DNA of 64,000 nucleotides from an uncultured Acetobacteraceae bacterium (lineage in GTDB: Bacteria > Pseudomonadota > Alphaproteobacteria > Acetobacterales > Acetobacteraceae): NCBI GenBank assembly GCA_964247705.1, contig CAXTVQ010000003.1, positions 10,568 to 74,567 on the forward strand, read 5' to 3'. Both the position numbers and the translations under genes were made by a program. Shown here one piece after another: positions 11,907 to 23,440 of the stretch; the first letter of the stretch is position 1; every line of letters begins with the position of its first letter. Below the pieces are notes generated by a model. It did not search any database and was not told the DNA's origin. It saw nothing but the letters and a program-made list of their open reading frames with translations.

Positions 11907-12470
11907 TCACGAAGTCTGTAGCGCCTGTGCATCCTGCAGGAAACGCGTCTGCATCGGCTTGAACCGCTCGAGGAAGTCGTGGATCAGCGGGTTCCAGGTG
12001 GTCGTCTCCTCCTGCGCCGCGGCGTCCAGGTACTCCTGGTTGAAGTCGCGCATCGCCTTGACGAAACCGCTGCTGAAATCTTTTCCAGTCATCGTTTCGA
12101 GTTGTTCGATCTGATGCCGCTGCTGCTCCTCCGGGGCGCTCGGCAACGCGGTTCCGTTGTTCTCGCCGACCTGGACCAGCGCCGACTTGTAACCAAGGAG
12201 ATCGGTCACCACCGCCTGGGCGTATTGCTTGACACGGGGGTCCTCGCTTTTCGCCACTGCCAGGACGGCCAACTGCCGCATGTAAGCGGCACCCTGCCCG
12301 CTCTTGTTCAGGAACTCCCGGTCTGACTGGCTCAGCATGGAATTCGCATTCCCCTCCAGCGCCGGGCCAGGCGGCGTGCTGCTCGAAGCCGCCTCGACGG
12401 CCCAGGCTGCGGGTGCCGCGGCCAGCAAGGTAGCGACGGCGACGGCAAAGCAACGCAGCCCGGTCTTCAT
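11907..12470 (-). CDS. DUF4142-family periplasmic protein
   Basis: ATG 12470 preceded by GAAGGAG. Signal peptide ends AAWA. DREFLNK...AVAKSEDPRVKQYAQ repeat architecture is typical of DUF4142. Confidence 0.72.
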   Translation of the reverse strand: MKTGLRCFAVAVATLLAAAPAAWAVEAASSSTPPGPALEGNANSMLSQSDREFLNKSGQGAAYMRQLAVLAVAKSEDPRVKQYAQAVVTDLLGYKSALVQVGENNGTALPSAPEEQQRHQIEQLETMTGKDFSSGFVKAMRDFNQEYLDAAAQEETTTWNPLIHDFLERFKPMQTRFLQDAQALQTS

Positions 12471-12515
12471 GGCAACTCCTTCTCGTTCCGGGAGGAGCAA
12501 CGCGCGACGTGCGTT

Positions 12516-13910
12516 CTAGCTGCCTTTGTCGTCCGAGTTTACGCCGAGCTGCTTCAGCTTGCGGTGCAAGGCGCTGCGCTCCATGCCGACGAACCCGGCT
12601 GTACGGCTGATGTTGCCGCCGAACCGCACCAGTTGCGCCTGAAGGTACTGCGTCTCGAACAGATCCCGCGCCTCGCGCAGCGGCAGCGCCATGATGTCCG
12701 CCGTCGGATCGAAGTTCAGCAGCGCCGGTGCGCCCTGGCCGATCTCGGGCGGCAGCATCTCGGCCCGGATGACATCGCCCGAACCGCCGGGCGCCATGAT
12801 CAGCAGCCAGTCCATCAGGTTGCGCAATTGGCGCACGTTGCCGGGCCAATCATAGGCCTGCAGGGCCGCAAGCGTGTCGGCCGACAGCTCGCGCGGCGGC
12901 ATGCCCGAATTCTCGGCCGAGCGGGTGATGAAGTGCCGCGCAAGGTCCGGGATGTCTTCGCGCCGATCCTTCAGGCTCGGCATCTTGAGTGGCACGACAG
13001 CCAGCCGGTAATACAGGTCCTCGCGGAACCGGCCGGCCACGATCTCGGCCTGAAGGTCCTTGTTGGTGATCGCCAGCACGCGGACGTCGACCTTGACCCG
13101 CGCATTGCCGCCCAGGCGCTCGAACGTCTGGTCCTGCAGGGCACGGACGATCTTGCCCTGTGTCTCCAGCGGCATGTCCGACACTTCGTCCAGCAGCAAG
13201 GTGCCGCCATGCGCCCGTTCCAGCACACCGGCGCGGCGGGGTGCCGCCATCGCGTCGGAACCGGCCTCCACGCCGAACAGCTCCTCCTCGAACCGGCCTG
13301 GGGCCAGGGTCGCGCAGTTAAGAGCGACGAATGGGCCCTCGGACCGGCGGGACCGGGCGTGCACCATCCGCGCCGCCACTTCCTTGCCGGACCCGGCCGG
13401 CCCGTGGATCAACACGCGCGAGCCTGTCGGCGCGACCCGCTCCACCCCAGCGCGCAAGGTGGTGATCGCGCTGCTCTCCCCGGTGAGGGACGTCTCGGCA
13501 CCCGCACGCAGCCGCAGCTCCGCGTTCTCGCGGGCAAGCTTGGCTGCTTCCAAGGCCCGCCGTGCCTGGATCAGCAGCCGGTCGGACTGGAACGGTTTCT
13601 CCAGGAAGTCGTAGGCGCCGTGCTGGATGGCCGTCACCGCCATCTCGATCGTGCCGTGGCCCGAGATCATCACCACGGGGATCTGCGGCTCCTCCACGTG
13701 AAGCGCCTGCAGGATGCCCAAGCCGTCCAGCCGGGAGTTCTGGAGCCAAACATCCAGGATCACCATGGACGGCCGACGTGCCCGGAAAGCGGCGATCGCC
13801 GAGTCCGAATCGGCTGCCATACGCGTCTCGTAGCCTTCGTCACGCAGAATTCCGTCGATCAGCAGCCGGATGTCAGGCTCGTCGTCAACAATCAGGATCT
13901 CATGGGCCAT
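12516..13910 (-). CDS. ntrX: Response regulator NtrX (receiver + AAA+ + HTH)
   Basis: Receiver domain (ILIVDDEPDIR), Walker A GPAGSGKE, C-terminal Fis-type HTH. Lacks the GAFTGA loop, as expected for NtrX. Located downstream of ntrY. Confidence 0.9.
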   Translation of the reverse strand: MAHEILIVDDEPDIRLLIDGILRDEGYETRMAADSDSAIAAFRARRPSMVILDVWLQNSRLDGLGILQALHVEEPQIPVVMISGHGTIEMAVTAIQHGAYDFLEKPFQSDRLLIQARRALEAAKLARENAELRLRAGAETSLTGESSAITTLRAGVERVAPTGSRVLIHGPAGSGKEVAARMVHARSRRSEGPFVALNCATLAPGRFEEELFGVEAGSDAMAAPRRAGVLERAHGGTLLLDEVSDMPLETQGKIVRALQDQTFERLGGNARVKVDVRVLAITNKDLQAEIVAGRFREDLYYRLAVVPLKMPSLKDRREDIPDLARHFITRSAENSGMPPRELSADTLAALQAYDWPGNVRQLRNLMDWLLIMAPGGSGDVIRAEMLPPEIGQGAPALLNFDPTADIMALPLREARDLFETQYLQAQLVRFGGNISRTAGFVGMERSALHRKLKQLGVNSDDKGS

Positions 13911-13960
13911 GCAGGGTCTTTATCAGCTTTGACACCTTGGAGGACAGGGAGGGAGGGAGA

Positions 13961-16180
13961 TCAGCTTGCCGGCAATGCCGGTAGGACGAGACTGGCCCTT
14001 GCACCCGGGCCACCGACCCGGTCCTCCAGCGCAAGCCGGCCACCATGATCTTCCATGATCTTCTTGACGATAGCGAGCCCGAGCCCGGTGCCTTTCGGCT
14101 TGTGCGTCACATACGGCTCCGTGAGCCGGTCCCGGTCCTCCGTTGGCAGGCCGACGCCATCGTCGCTGACGCTCAGCACCACGTTGCCCGCGTCTTCCTG
14201 GACGGCGACCGTTATGGCGCCCCGCGGCTCGCCCTCCGCACGGGGCCGCATGGCGCAGGCGTCCGCCGCGTTCATCAACAGGTTGGTGAGCGCCTGGCTG
14301 ACCAGTCGGCGGTCACAGGCCGCAATCGGGCCGCGATCCGCCAGCTCCGTCGTCCAGGTTATGTCCGAGTGGGCTTGCCTCTGCAGCACCAGGGCCTCGC
14401 GGCAGATGCGGCCGATGTCCTCCGGCTTGATCACGGGCTGCGGCATGCGGGCGAAGGCGCTGAACTCGTCCACCATGCGGCCGATGTCACCCACGTGCCG
14501 GACGATGGTGTCGGCGCACTGGGCGAATGTTTCCGGGTCCGACTGGATCTCCTTCGTGAAGCGGCGCTTCAGACGCTCGGCCGCGAGCTGGATCGGGGTC
14601 AGCGGGTTCTTGATCTCGTGCGCGATCCGCCGGGCGACGTCGGACCAGGCGGCCTTGCGCTGGGCCGACAGGAGTTCGGTGATATCGTCGAAGGTAACGA
14701 CGAAACCCGCGATGCCCTCGTCCTTCATCTCCGTGCCGATCCGCACCAGCAGGGTGCGCCGGTTCGACGGCGAGCCGACCTGCACTTCGGCCGTGCGCGC
14801 CCGCTCGGGCGTGGCCTGCACTTCCCGCAGCAAGGGGCCGAACTCCGGCACCACCTGCTCCATCGGCAAACCGATCGCCGCCATCAGGTCGCTGCCCATC
14901 AGCTCCGACGCGGCACGGTTCGGCAGGTCCATACGCCCCTGCCCGTCCAGTCCGATCACCCCGGCGGACACGCCTGCCAAGACGCTCTCGGTAAAGCGGC
15001 GCCGCTCGTCGATCTGGCCGTAGGCATCCATCAGCTCGCTGCGCTGGGCCGCCAACTGCCCGGTCATGCGGTTGAACGCCCGCGACAACCCGGCGACCTC
15101 ATCCTCGCTACGGATCTCCGGCACGCGGACGGTCAGGTCGCCGGCCCGCACCCGCTCCGCCGCTTGGATCAGGCGACCGACAGGCCGCGCGATCTGGTTG
15201 GCGAGAACCAAGCCGGTCAGCACCGCCGCGAACAGGACCAGCAACGCTATGAGCGCGAAGATGACGGCGAAGGTCACCTGCAGCTTGGTCCGGTTGTCAT
15301 CCAGCCGATGGTACTCGGCGACCAGGCGCTCGGTGTTCTCGACCGCCGCGATGATCTGCGTGTCCACAGGGCGGTCGATCATCAGCATCAACTCGGGCGT
15401 GGACCCGAGCTTGACCACGGCACGGACGTGGTTGTCCGTGCCGCCGCCGATGACCGCGACCTCGCCGCGGCGTGCCGGCTCGATCTCCTCGTCCGTTGGC
15501 AGTTCGACGAAGTTGCCACTCAGCACGCCGGAAGAAACAATGATTTCATGGGTATATGGGTCGTAGATGACGGCTTGGATTAGGCCGTGGAAGGTTGTTT
15601 CCTGGTCCAGCACCTGTTGAAACAAAGCCGGCCGGTTGGCCAGGAAGGCACCGGCGCGGTTCAACGTGATGGCAACGCCGAGGGCGTCGGCCTTGATGTT
15701 GTTGCGATGCTCCTCGAGCGAGGACTGTGCGGAGGTGACGCTGGAGTCCAGGGCGGTTCGGATCCGGTCGTCGAACCAGGACTGGATGCCGAGGTTGAAG
15801 AACGCGGCCGCGAACACCGCCACGACGATCGATGGCGTCACGGCCACGACGCCGAACATCAGAACCAGCCGCACATGCAGGCGCGACCCGGCGGAGCCAC
15901 GCCGGCGCTCGACCCATACCCGCGTCAGCCGACCCGCCAGCACCGCACCCAGCAGCAGCAGCACCGCGGCGCTGGCGAGCACCGAGGCGAACACCACGTT
16001 GGGCCGCAGCGTGATCGGCGCACCGCCGGACAGCATGACGAAGGTGCAGATCGCCAGCACCAGCCCAAGCCCGGCGAGCACCAACGTCACGACCTTGCCG
16101 AGCAGCAGGTCCATGATTCGCCCGAGCGCCGAGCGGCGTGGAGCAAGCTGCGAGGTGTCGAACTCGACGTTGGTGTCCAT
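13961..16180 (-). CDS. ntrY: Sensor histidine kinase NtrY
   Basis: N-terminal multi-TM region, HAMP, PAS, H-box RIAHEIKNPLTPI and ATPase G-boxes (KPKGTGLGLAIV). 739 aa. Confidence 0.9.
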   Translation of the reverse strand: MDTNVEFDTSQLAPRRSALGRIMDLLLGKVVTLVLAGLGLVLAICTFVMLSGGAPITLRPNVVFASVLASAAVLLLLGAVLAGRLTRVWVERRRGSAGSRLHVRLVLMFGVVAVTPSIVVAVFAAAFFNLGIQSWFDDRIRTALDSSVTSAQSSLEEHRNNIKADALGVAITLNRAGAFLANRPALFQQVLDQETTFHGLIQAVIYDPYTHEIIVSSGVLSGNFVELPTDEEIEPARRGEVAVIGGGTDNHVRAVVKLGSTPELMLMIDRPVDTQIIAAVENTERLVAEYHRLDDNRTKLQVTFAVIFALIALLVLFAAVLTGLVLANQIARPVGRLIQAAERVRAGDLTVRVPEIRSEDEVAGLSRAFNRMTGQLAAQRSELMDAYGQIDERRRFTESVLAGVSAGVIGLDGQGRMDLPNRAASELMGSDLMAAIGLPMEQVVPEFGPLLREVQATPERARTAEVQVGSPSNRRTLLVRIGTEMKDEGIAGFVVTFDDITELLSAQRKAAWSDVARRIAHEIKNPLTPIQLAAERLKRRFTKEIQSDPETFAQCADTIVRHVGDIGRMVDEFSAFARMPQPVIKPEDIGRICREALVLQRQAHSDITWTTELADRGPIAACDRRLVSQALTNLLMNAADACAMRPRAEGEPRGAITVAVQEDAGNVVLSVSDDGVGLPTEDRDRLTEPYVTHKPKGTGLGLAIVKKIMEDHGGRLALEDRVGGPGARASLVLPALPAS

Positions 16181-16188
16181 AGCCCAGC

Positions 16189-17634
<1,446 letters not shown>

Positions 17635-17724
17635 CTATCCCCACAATCATCCGGAACGAAGCGAACGGCTGTCCGCTTCCAGGTCAGGCAAGCGCTCGCT
17701 CGGGTGGCCGTGTCAGCCTGACCG

Positions 17725-18861
17725 TTATCCGTCTCCTTCGGCCTCGCTCATGACCGGAAGGTGCAACGAAACGTCCGTTCGCCCAGGACGACTGTCTACC
17801 TCAATCAACCCGCCATGGTCAGCCACGATCTTGGCCACCAGCGCCAGGCCAAGCCCGCTGCCGGACGGCTTGGACGTCACGAACGGCTTGAAAAGATGCG
17901 GCCTGATGTCGTCGCCGATGCCCGGACCGTTATCGCGCACACACACCACGAGCGGCAGGTGCACGCGCTGCGTCGAGCCGGGCACGGTCAGCCTGACACC
18001 ATGGCGGTAGGCGGTGGTGAGCGTGATCTCGCCATGGATATCAGCCGCGGTCACCGCTTCGGCGGCGTTCTTCACCAGGTTGAGCAGCACCTGCACCAAC
18101 TGGTCGCGGTTGCCGAGAACGGGCGGCAACGATGGATCGTAGGCCTCCGTGAAGCGGACATGCGCCGCGAAGCCGGTCTGTGCCAGGCGGCGAACATGCT
18201 CGAGCACCCGGTGGATGTTCACCGCCCGCAACTCGACCGGCTTCTCGTCGAAAACCTCCATCCGGTCGACCAGGGCCCGGATACGGTCCGCTTCATCCCT
18301 GATCAGCACGGCGAGCTCGCGGTCGCCCTCGCCCACGCTGCTCTCGAGCAACTGTGCCGCGCCACGGATACCGGACAGCGGGTTCTTGACCTCGTGGGCG
18401 AGCACGGCCGCCATGCCGCTCACGGACCGGGCGGCGGAACGGAACACGGTCTGGCGGTCGAGCGCCCTCGCGGCCGACGCGTCCTGCAGCGATAGCAAGA
18501 TGGCGCCGGGTTCCTCGTTCATCGGCGTCGCCTGCACGGTGATATCCTGTTTGTGCAGGCGGGGGCTTTCCAGCGTCAGGTCATGGTCGGATATCGTCAC
18601 TCCGGTTTGACGAACCTGCATGATCAGGGCGAATAACGGGTGATCGGCCGGCAGCAGGTCCGAAAGACCCATGTGCGACAATTGCTGCATCGACAGGCCC
18701 ATGAACTGTTCGGCCGCGTGATTCGCGAACCGGAACCGGTCCACCGGGTCCAGCAGCATGACCGGCACGGGCAACGCCCCGAGCATGGCGGCCCAGTCGA
18801 GGACCGGGGCTGGCGCGCGCCCGACGACCTTCAGCACGCCGCGCGCAACCGCCCCCTTCAT
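17725..18861 (-). CDS. ntrB: Nitrogen regulation sensor kinase NtrB
   Basis: ATG 18861 overlaps the dusB stop (ATGA). PAS region, H-box LAHEVKNPLSGIRG and a G-box (KPSGSGLGLALV) are present. Confidence 0.9.
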   Translation of the reverse strand: MKGAVARGVLKVVGRAPAPVLDWAAMLGALPVPVMLLDPVDRFRFANHAAEQFMGLSMQQLSHMGLSDLLPADHPLFALIMQVRQTGVTISDHDLTLESPRLHKQDITVQATPMNEEPGAILLSLQDASAARALDRQTVFRSAARSVSGMAAVLAHEVKNPLSGIRGAAQLLESSVGEGDRELAVLIRDEADRIRALVDRMEVFDEKPVELRAVNIHRVLEHVRRLAQTGFAAHVRFTEAYDPSLPPVLGNRDQLVQVLLNLVKNAAEAVTAADIHGEITLTTAYRHGVRLTVPGSTQRVHLPLVVCVRDNGPGIGDDIRPHLFKPFVTSKPSGSGLGLALVAKIVADHGGLIEVDSRPGRTDVSLHLPVMSEAEGDG

Positions 18862-19886
18862 GCCGCCAGCGCCGTGGCCGAGTCGATCAGCGGGTCGTAG
18901 AAGCCGTCGATCAGGTGCAACACGGAGGCCACGGTCTCGCAACGCATGATGGCGGCCCGGAACTCGGCAGAACCGTGCAGCCCGCGCGAGTACCAGGCCA
19001 CGTGCTTGCGCCCGAGCCGCAGCCCTGGGATCTCACCGAAATGAATGAGCATGGCCTCGTAGTGTTCGAGCAGGATTGACTTTTGCGCTGCGAGGGACGG
19101 ATCCGGCAGCCGCCTGCCATCCCGTAGGAACGCGGCGACCTGCGCCGGAAACCAGGGCCGCCCGTAGCACCCGCGGCCAACCATCACCCCGTCGGCTCCC
19201 GAGCGGGCCCGCGCCTCGGCCGCTTGCTCGATGGTGGTGATGTCCCCGTTCGCGATGACCGGGATGCCGACGGCCTGCTTGACGGACGCGATGAAGTCCC
19301 AGTCGGCCGCCCCGGTGTAGAATTGCTGCCGTGTGCGGCCGTGCACCGTGACCATGGCGATGCCGCAATCCTGTGCGATGCGGGCGAGATTGGGCGCGTT
19401 CAGGTTCGCGTGGTCCCATCCCATGCGCATTTTCAGCGTCACCGGGACTGGCACGGCGCGCACCGTCGCCTCCAGGATGCGTGCGGCTGCCGCTTCGTCC
19501 CGCATCAAGGCGGACCCGGCGCTTTGGCCCACGGCCACTTTTTTGACCGGACAGCCGAAATTGATGTCGATCAGGTCCGCGCCGCATGCTTCGGCAATGC
19601 GCGCCGCCTCTGCCATGGCCGCCGGGTCACACCCGGCAAGCTGGATCGCGTTGGGCCCGGCTCCCTCCACGCTGGCCATCCGCATGGTTGCCTTATTCTC
19701 GCGCACCATCGCCCAGGACGCGATCATTTCGGAAACGACCATACCGGTGCCGAGCCGCTTGGCCAAGCGCCGGAACGGCAGGTCGGTAACGCCGGACATG
19801 GGAGCCAGCACGACTGGCACGTCGATCGTCACCGCGCGGGGCCCTTCGCCGAGGGTAATCGGGGGTAGGGTCGAGTTGCCTAGCAT
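18858..19886 (-). CDS. dusB: tRNA dihydrouridine synthase B (NifR3)
   Basis: LAPMSGVTDLPFR and INFGCPVKKV motifs. Canonical position ahead of ntrBC in alphaproteobacteria. Confidence 0.93.
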   Translation of the reverse strand: MLGNSTLPPITLGEGPRAVTIDVPVVLAPMSGVTDLPFRRLAKRLGTGMVVSEMIASWAMVRENKATMRMASVEGAGPNAIQLAGCDPAAMAEAARIAEACGADLIDINFGCPVKKVAVGQSAGSALMRDEAAAARILEATVRAVPVPVTLKMRMGWDHANLNAPNLARIAQDCGIAMVTVHGRTRQQFYTGAADWDFIASVKQAVGIPVIANGDITTIEQAAEARARSGADGVMVGRGCYGRPWFPAQVAAFLRDGRRLPDPSLAAQKSILLEHYEAMLIHFGEIPGLRLGRKHVAWYSRGLHGSAEFRAAIMRCETVASVLHLIDGFYDPLIDSATALAA

Positions 19887-19993
19887 TTGAGCAGATTAGG
19901 CTCTGGGCTAATTTAAGGCAATCAGGCTCGCATCGGCAAAACGGTCATCCGCCGCCATTGACGCGCTTCCCCTCGCCGCGCATTCCTCCCGTT

Positions 19994-21124
19994 ATGCGTA
20001 TCGCCGCTCTCCTGGTCGCCGCCGGTACGGGCAGCCGCTTCGGCGGTGGAACCCCCAAGCAGTTCACCGTCGTATCGGGCAAACCCGTGATCCGGCATGC
20101 GGCGGAGGCGCTGCTGCCCCATGTGTCCGCCCTGCTCCCGGTTGGCGACGCAGAGCTCATCAATGCGGCACTCGAAGGCTTGGACGTTTTGCCAGCCGTG
20201 CCGGGCGGTCAGACCCGGCAGGCCAGCGTGTCCGCAGGGCTTCGCGCGCTTGCCGCCACCGCGCCGGACATCGTGCTCGTGCACGATGCAGCCCGGCCGT
20301 TCGTGCCGGTCAACACCATCCCCGCCTTGCTTGCCGCGCTGCGCACGCATGACGGCGCGATCCCGGCCGTCCCAGTCGCGGACACGCTCAAGCGCGTCCA
20401 GTCCGGCCGTATTACCGCGACGGTGCCGCGGGACGGGCTTTTCCGCGCGCAAACGCCGCAGGCCTTCCGCTACCACCTGCTCCGTGCCTTGCATGCGACC
20501 GGGGACGGGAACGCCACCGACGATGCATCCCTGCTCGAACTGGCGGGCCATGCCGTGGCGATCGTGCCCGGCTCCGACGACAACATCAAACTCACATTCC
20601 CAGAGGACCTCGTGCGGCTCGAACGCGCCCTTGCTCCCGGCCTGCTGCCCCGCACGGGCATGGGGTTCGACGTCCATGCTGCCGAGGCCGGGCGCGCGCT
20701 CGTCCTGTGCGGGCTGACCATCCCGCATGAGTGGGGCCTCGCCGGGCACTCCGATGCCGATGTGGGCATCCACGCGCTGTGCGACGCGATCTACGGCGCA
20801 CTGGCCGAAGGGGACATCGGCCGCCACTTCCCTCCCAGTGACGCGGAGTGGAAAGACCGGGACAGCGCGCATTTCCTCCGTCATGCGGCCGAACGCATCG
20901 CGGCCCGTGGCGGCGTGCTGGCCAATGCGGACGTCACGCTGATCTGCGAGCGCCCGAAGATCACGCCCCATGCTCCGGCAATGGTCGCCCGCGTGGCCGA
21001 GCTGCTCGGCGTGGACACGGGCCGGATTTCGATCAAGGCGACCACGACGGAAAGGCTGGGCTTCACAGGCCGCGGCGAGGGCATCGCGGCGCAGGCAACG
21101 GCCACGGTCCTGCTGCCGGCCTGA
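19994..21124 (+). CDS. ispDF: Bifunctional MEP cytidylyltransferase / MEcPP synthase
   Basis: ATG 19994 gives MRIAALLVAAGTGSRFG (IspD P-loop). The C-terminal half carries GMGFDVH...GHSDADV (IspF metal site). Confidence 0.95.
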   Translation: MRIAALLVAAGTGSRFGGGTPKQFTVVSGKPVIRHAAEALLPHVSALLPVGDAELINAALEGLDVLPAVPGGQTRQASVSAGLRALAATAPDIVLVHDAARPFVPVNTIPALLAALRTHDGAIPAVPVADTLKRVQSGRITATVPRDGLFRAQTPQAFRYHLLRALHATGDGNATDDASLLELAGHAVAIVPGSDDNIKLTFPEDLVRLERALAPGLLPRTGMGFDVHAAEAGRALVLCGLTIPHEWGLAGHSDADVGIHALCDAIYGALAEGDIGRHFPPSDAEWKDRDSAHFLRHAAERIAARGGVLANADVTLICERPKITPHAPAMVARVAELLGVDTGRISIKATTTERLGFTGRGEGIAAQATATVLLPA

Positions 21125-21128
21125 CGAC

Positions 21129-22016
21129 ATGCGGGCCCGGATCATCTACGGCGTCTCGGTGCTGCTGTTTGTCTTTGCCTGGGCGAGCGGCTTCAGCGCC
21201 GCCAAGATCGCCATCTCGACGTGCCCTCCCGCACTCTTCGGCGGCGTTCGTTTCCTGATAACGGGTGCCGCCCTGCTTACCTATGCCGCGTGGCGTGGGG
21301 ACATCGGCCGGTCGGTGCCATGGGGCAAGCTTGCCCTGCTCGGGCTGTTGAACCAGGCCGGCTACCAGGGCCTAGCCTGGCAGGGCATGGGCACGGTGTC
21401 GGCGGGATTGGCGACCATCATCGCCAGCCTCAACCCGATCCTGATCGCCGTGCTCGCCGCCCCAGTGCTCGGTGAGCGGCTACACTGGCGCAAGGTGCTG
21501 GGCCTGATGCTCGGGTTCGCCGGCGCCGTTTTCGTCGTGCGGAACCGGATCATGGTCGGGCATGAGGATTCCGGTGGCGTCCTGCTGGTCACGGGTGCGC
21601 TGGCCTGCCTGGTCGTGGGCACTGTCGCGTTCAAATGGGTCGCCCCGAACGCAACCCTCCCGGTCGCCGTCGGCGTGCAGACGCTCACCGCCGGCGTCTT
21701 TCTGCTCACCCTCGGGACGGCGTTCGAGCATCCATCCGCTGCGGCTATCGGCCTGAAGTTCTGGCTGGTGATGGCATGGTGCGTCGTCGTGATGTCCATC
21801 GGCGCATTGCTGCTTTGGTTCTGGCTGCTGCGCAACGGCAGCGCCTCATCGGCAAGCGCCTTGCATTTCCTTACGCCGCCGATTGGTCTAGCCATGTCCT
21901 GGCTCGTCCTGGGGGAGCAAATCAGCCCGCCGGACTTGCTGGGGATCGTGCCCGTGGCGCTTGGCATCTGGCTCGCTACCCGGCCAGCCCCGATAACACG
22001 CGTGGCCACCGCTTGA
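21129..22016 (+). CDS. DMT-superfamily (EamA-like) transporter
   Basis: ATG 21129. About 10 TM helices in two EamA-like halves. 295 aa. Confidence 0.82.
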   Translation: MRARIIYGVSVLLFVFAWASGFSAAKIAISTCPPALFGGVRFLITGAALLTYAAWRGDIGRSVPWGKLALLGLLNQAGYQGLAWQGMGTVSAGLATIIASLNPILIAVLAAPVLGERLHWRKVLGLMLGFAGAVFVVRNRIMVGHEDSGGVLLVTGALACLVVGTVAFKWVAPNATLPVAVGVQTLTAGVFLLTLGTAFEHPSAAAIGLKFWLVMAWCVVVMSIGALLLWFWLLRNGSASSASALHFLTPPIGLAMSWLVLGEQISPPDLLGIVPVALGIWLATRPAPITRVATA

Positions 22017-22027
22017 AGGAACTGCCG

Positions 22028-22318
22028 ATGAGAGTGCTCGCCGCCGCCCTCGCTGCCCCGCTGCTGCTGGCAGGCTGTGGTTCAACGCTGCCGAGCTACC
22101 CTGTAGCACCCGCGCTTCCTCCGGAAACGATCCCTTTGCCGCCGGTAAGCGAGGCGCCTCTGGTCTGGCATCCGGGCGATTGGGCTTACGTAGACGGCTC
22201 GTATCGTTATGAACGCGGCCGTTACGAGCCACAGGGAAACCACGGCCTGCTCTGGACCCGGGGGCACTGGACCGGCACGAGTGGCCACTACAGTTGGGTT
22301 CCGGGGGCGTGGAGCTGA
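22028..22318 (+). CDS. Small lipoprotein with W-x-x-G-H/D-W repeats (YXWGXW-repeat type)
   Basis: ATG 22028. Lipobox LLLAGC. Repeated WHPGDW / TRGHWTG / WVPGAW motifs. 96 aa. Confidence 0.6.
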   Translation: MRVLAAALAAPLLLAGCGSTLPSYPVAPALPPETIPLPPVSEAPLVWHPGDWAYVDGSYRYERGRYEPQGNHGLLWTRGHWTGTSGHYSWVPGAWS

Positions 22319-22331
22319 CGCGTCGGCATGT

Positions 22332-22408
22332 TGGTCGGAGCGGCGGGATTCGAACCCACGACCCTCAGTCCCCCAGACTGATGCGCTACCAGGCTGCGCT
22401 ACGCTCCG
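22332..22408 (-). tRNA. tRNA-Pro (anticodon GGG)
   Basis: The reverse complement folds as a 77-nt cloverleaf: acceptor CGGAGCG/CGCTCCG, D-stem GCGC/GCGC, anticodon stem TCAGT/ACTGA with loop CTGGGGG (U33, GGG), T-arm GTGGG-TTCGAAT-CCCGC, discriminator A and encoded CCA. Confidence 0.95.
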
Positions 22409-22484
22409 ACGCATATTCGGTGTAGCAGCCAGACCTGACCGCCGCAACCGCGGCGCGCCCTTGCCTCATGGAGCCGACCAGTTG

Positions 22485-23009
22485 CTACGGTAGCGCCTTG
22501 CGCAACGCGATCAGTTCCTCGAGGGCATGCTGAAGCAGCATGCGAAGCCGCATATTCTCGTCCTGCAGCAGATCGGCCATGGGCTCGGTCGCACCAGGGG
22601 AGCTGGCGTCCCCGGCTGGAGCCAGGAGCGACACCTGCTCCGACTGGCCGGCACGCTCGGCTGCGGCGGCGGCGCGCTCCGCTTCCGTCGCTGGCGGAAT
22701 GTCGTCCGACAATTTCCCGCCTCCTTCCCGAAGGAGGCGTTGGACACCCTTGATCGTGTAGCCCTGGATATAGAGAAGGTCGGACACCCGGCGGAGCAGC
22801 GCGATATCGTCCGGGCGATAGTACCGCCGGCCGCCCCCGCGCTTCAGCGGCTTGACCTGGGGGAACTTGGTTTCCCAGAACCGCAACACGTGCTGTGGGA
22901 TATGAAGCTCGTCGGCGACCTCGCTGATCGTGCGGAACGCGTTGGGCGCCTTCTTGGGTCGGGCACGGACCGGATCGACCGCTTCCTCGTTCGAGGCAGC
23001 CAAGCTCAC
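22485..23009 (-). CDS. MerR-family transcriptional regulator
   Basis: [25 protein letters not shown]...[11 protein letters not shown]. 4-nt overlap with ihfA. Conserved ihfA-merR pairing in alphaproteobacteria. Confidence 0.85.
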   Translation of the reverse strand: MSLAASNEEAVDPVRARPKKAPNAFRTISEVADELHIPQHVLRFWETKFPQVKPLKRGGGRRYYRPDDIALLRRVSDLLYIQGYTIKGVQRLLREGGGKLSDDIPPATEAERAAAAAERAGQSEQVSLLAPAGDASSPGATEPMADLLQDENMRLRMLLQHALEELIALRKALP

Positions 23010-23362
23010 TCCTTCCCGCCGGCGAAGTCATCCGCGTCCTGCTCGTCGCGCGTCAGATCCTCGCCTTCCGGCAGCGCCGTTCCGTTCACATGCGCCTTGA
23101 GCACTTGGCTTGGGCGAAACACCAGCACACGGCGCGGAAGAATCGGCACTTCCACGCCGGTCTTGGGGTTACGGCCGATCCGCCGCCCTTTCTGTCTGAC
23201 AGAAAACGTCCCGAAGCCACTGATCTTGACCGACTCGCCCGTTTCAAGCGACTTGGAGAGACGTTCCAGGACAGTCTCAAGCAGATCCGCCGACTCGTTC
23301 CGCGACAGCCCGACCTGGGTGTAGATGCGCTCGGCCAAATGGGCGCGCGTTACAGTTTGCAT
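23006..23362 (-). CDS. ihfA: Integration host factor subunit alpha
   Basis: [26 protein letters not shown] is the HU/IHF DNA-binding arm. 118 aa. Confidence 0.95.
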   Translation of the reverse strand: MQTVTRAHLAERIYTQVGLSRNESADLLETVLERLSKSLETGESVKISGFGTFSVRQKGRRIGRNPKTGVEVPILPRRVLVFRPSQVLKAHVNGTALPEGEDLTRDEQDADDFAGGKE

Positions 23363-23440
23363 GGGCTCACGCTATGCGTTGCGGCTTGGAACCGTCAAGC
23401 AAACGCCCTGAGAATAAACAAAACCGCAGGAGTTGTGGCG

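Noticed and set aside
19922-21145. 407-aa ORF on the minus strand opposite ispDF. Similar long antisense ORFs lie at 7183-8616 (+), 12564-14048 (+), 14045-15583 (+), 36367-38079 (-), 42898-44562 (-), 46031-47371 (-), 50152-51267 (-) and 55930-57090 (+).
   Set aside because: Their translations are Arg/Gly/Pro/His/Asp-rich low-complexity strings with no recognisable motifs. Each lies opposite a gene with unmistakable family signatures. Stop-free antisense frames are expected at this G+C content.
21129-22484. Genomic island integrated at tRNA-Pro.
   Set aside because: There is no integrase, excisionase or phage gene on either side. I saw no direct repeat of the tRNA 3-prime end, and the merR-ihfA-fabH-plsX side is conserved core synteny.
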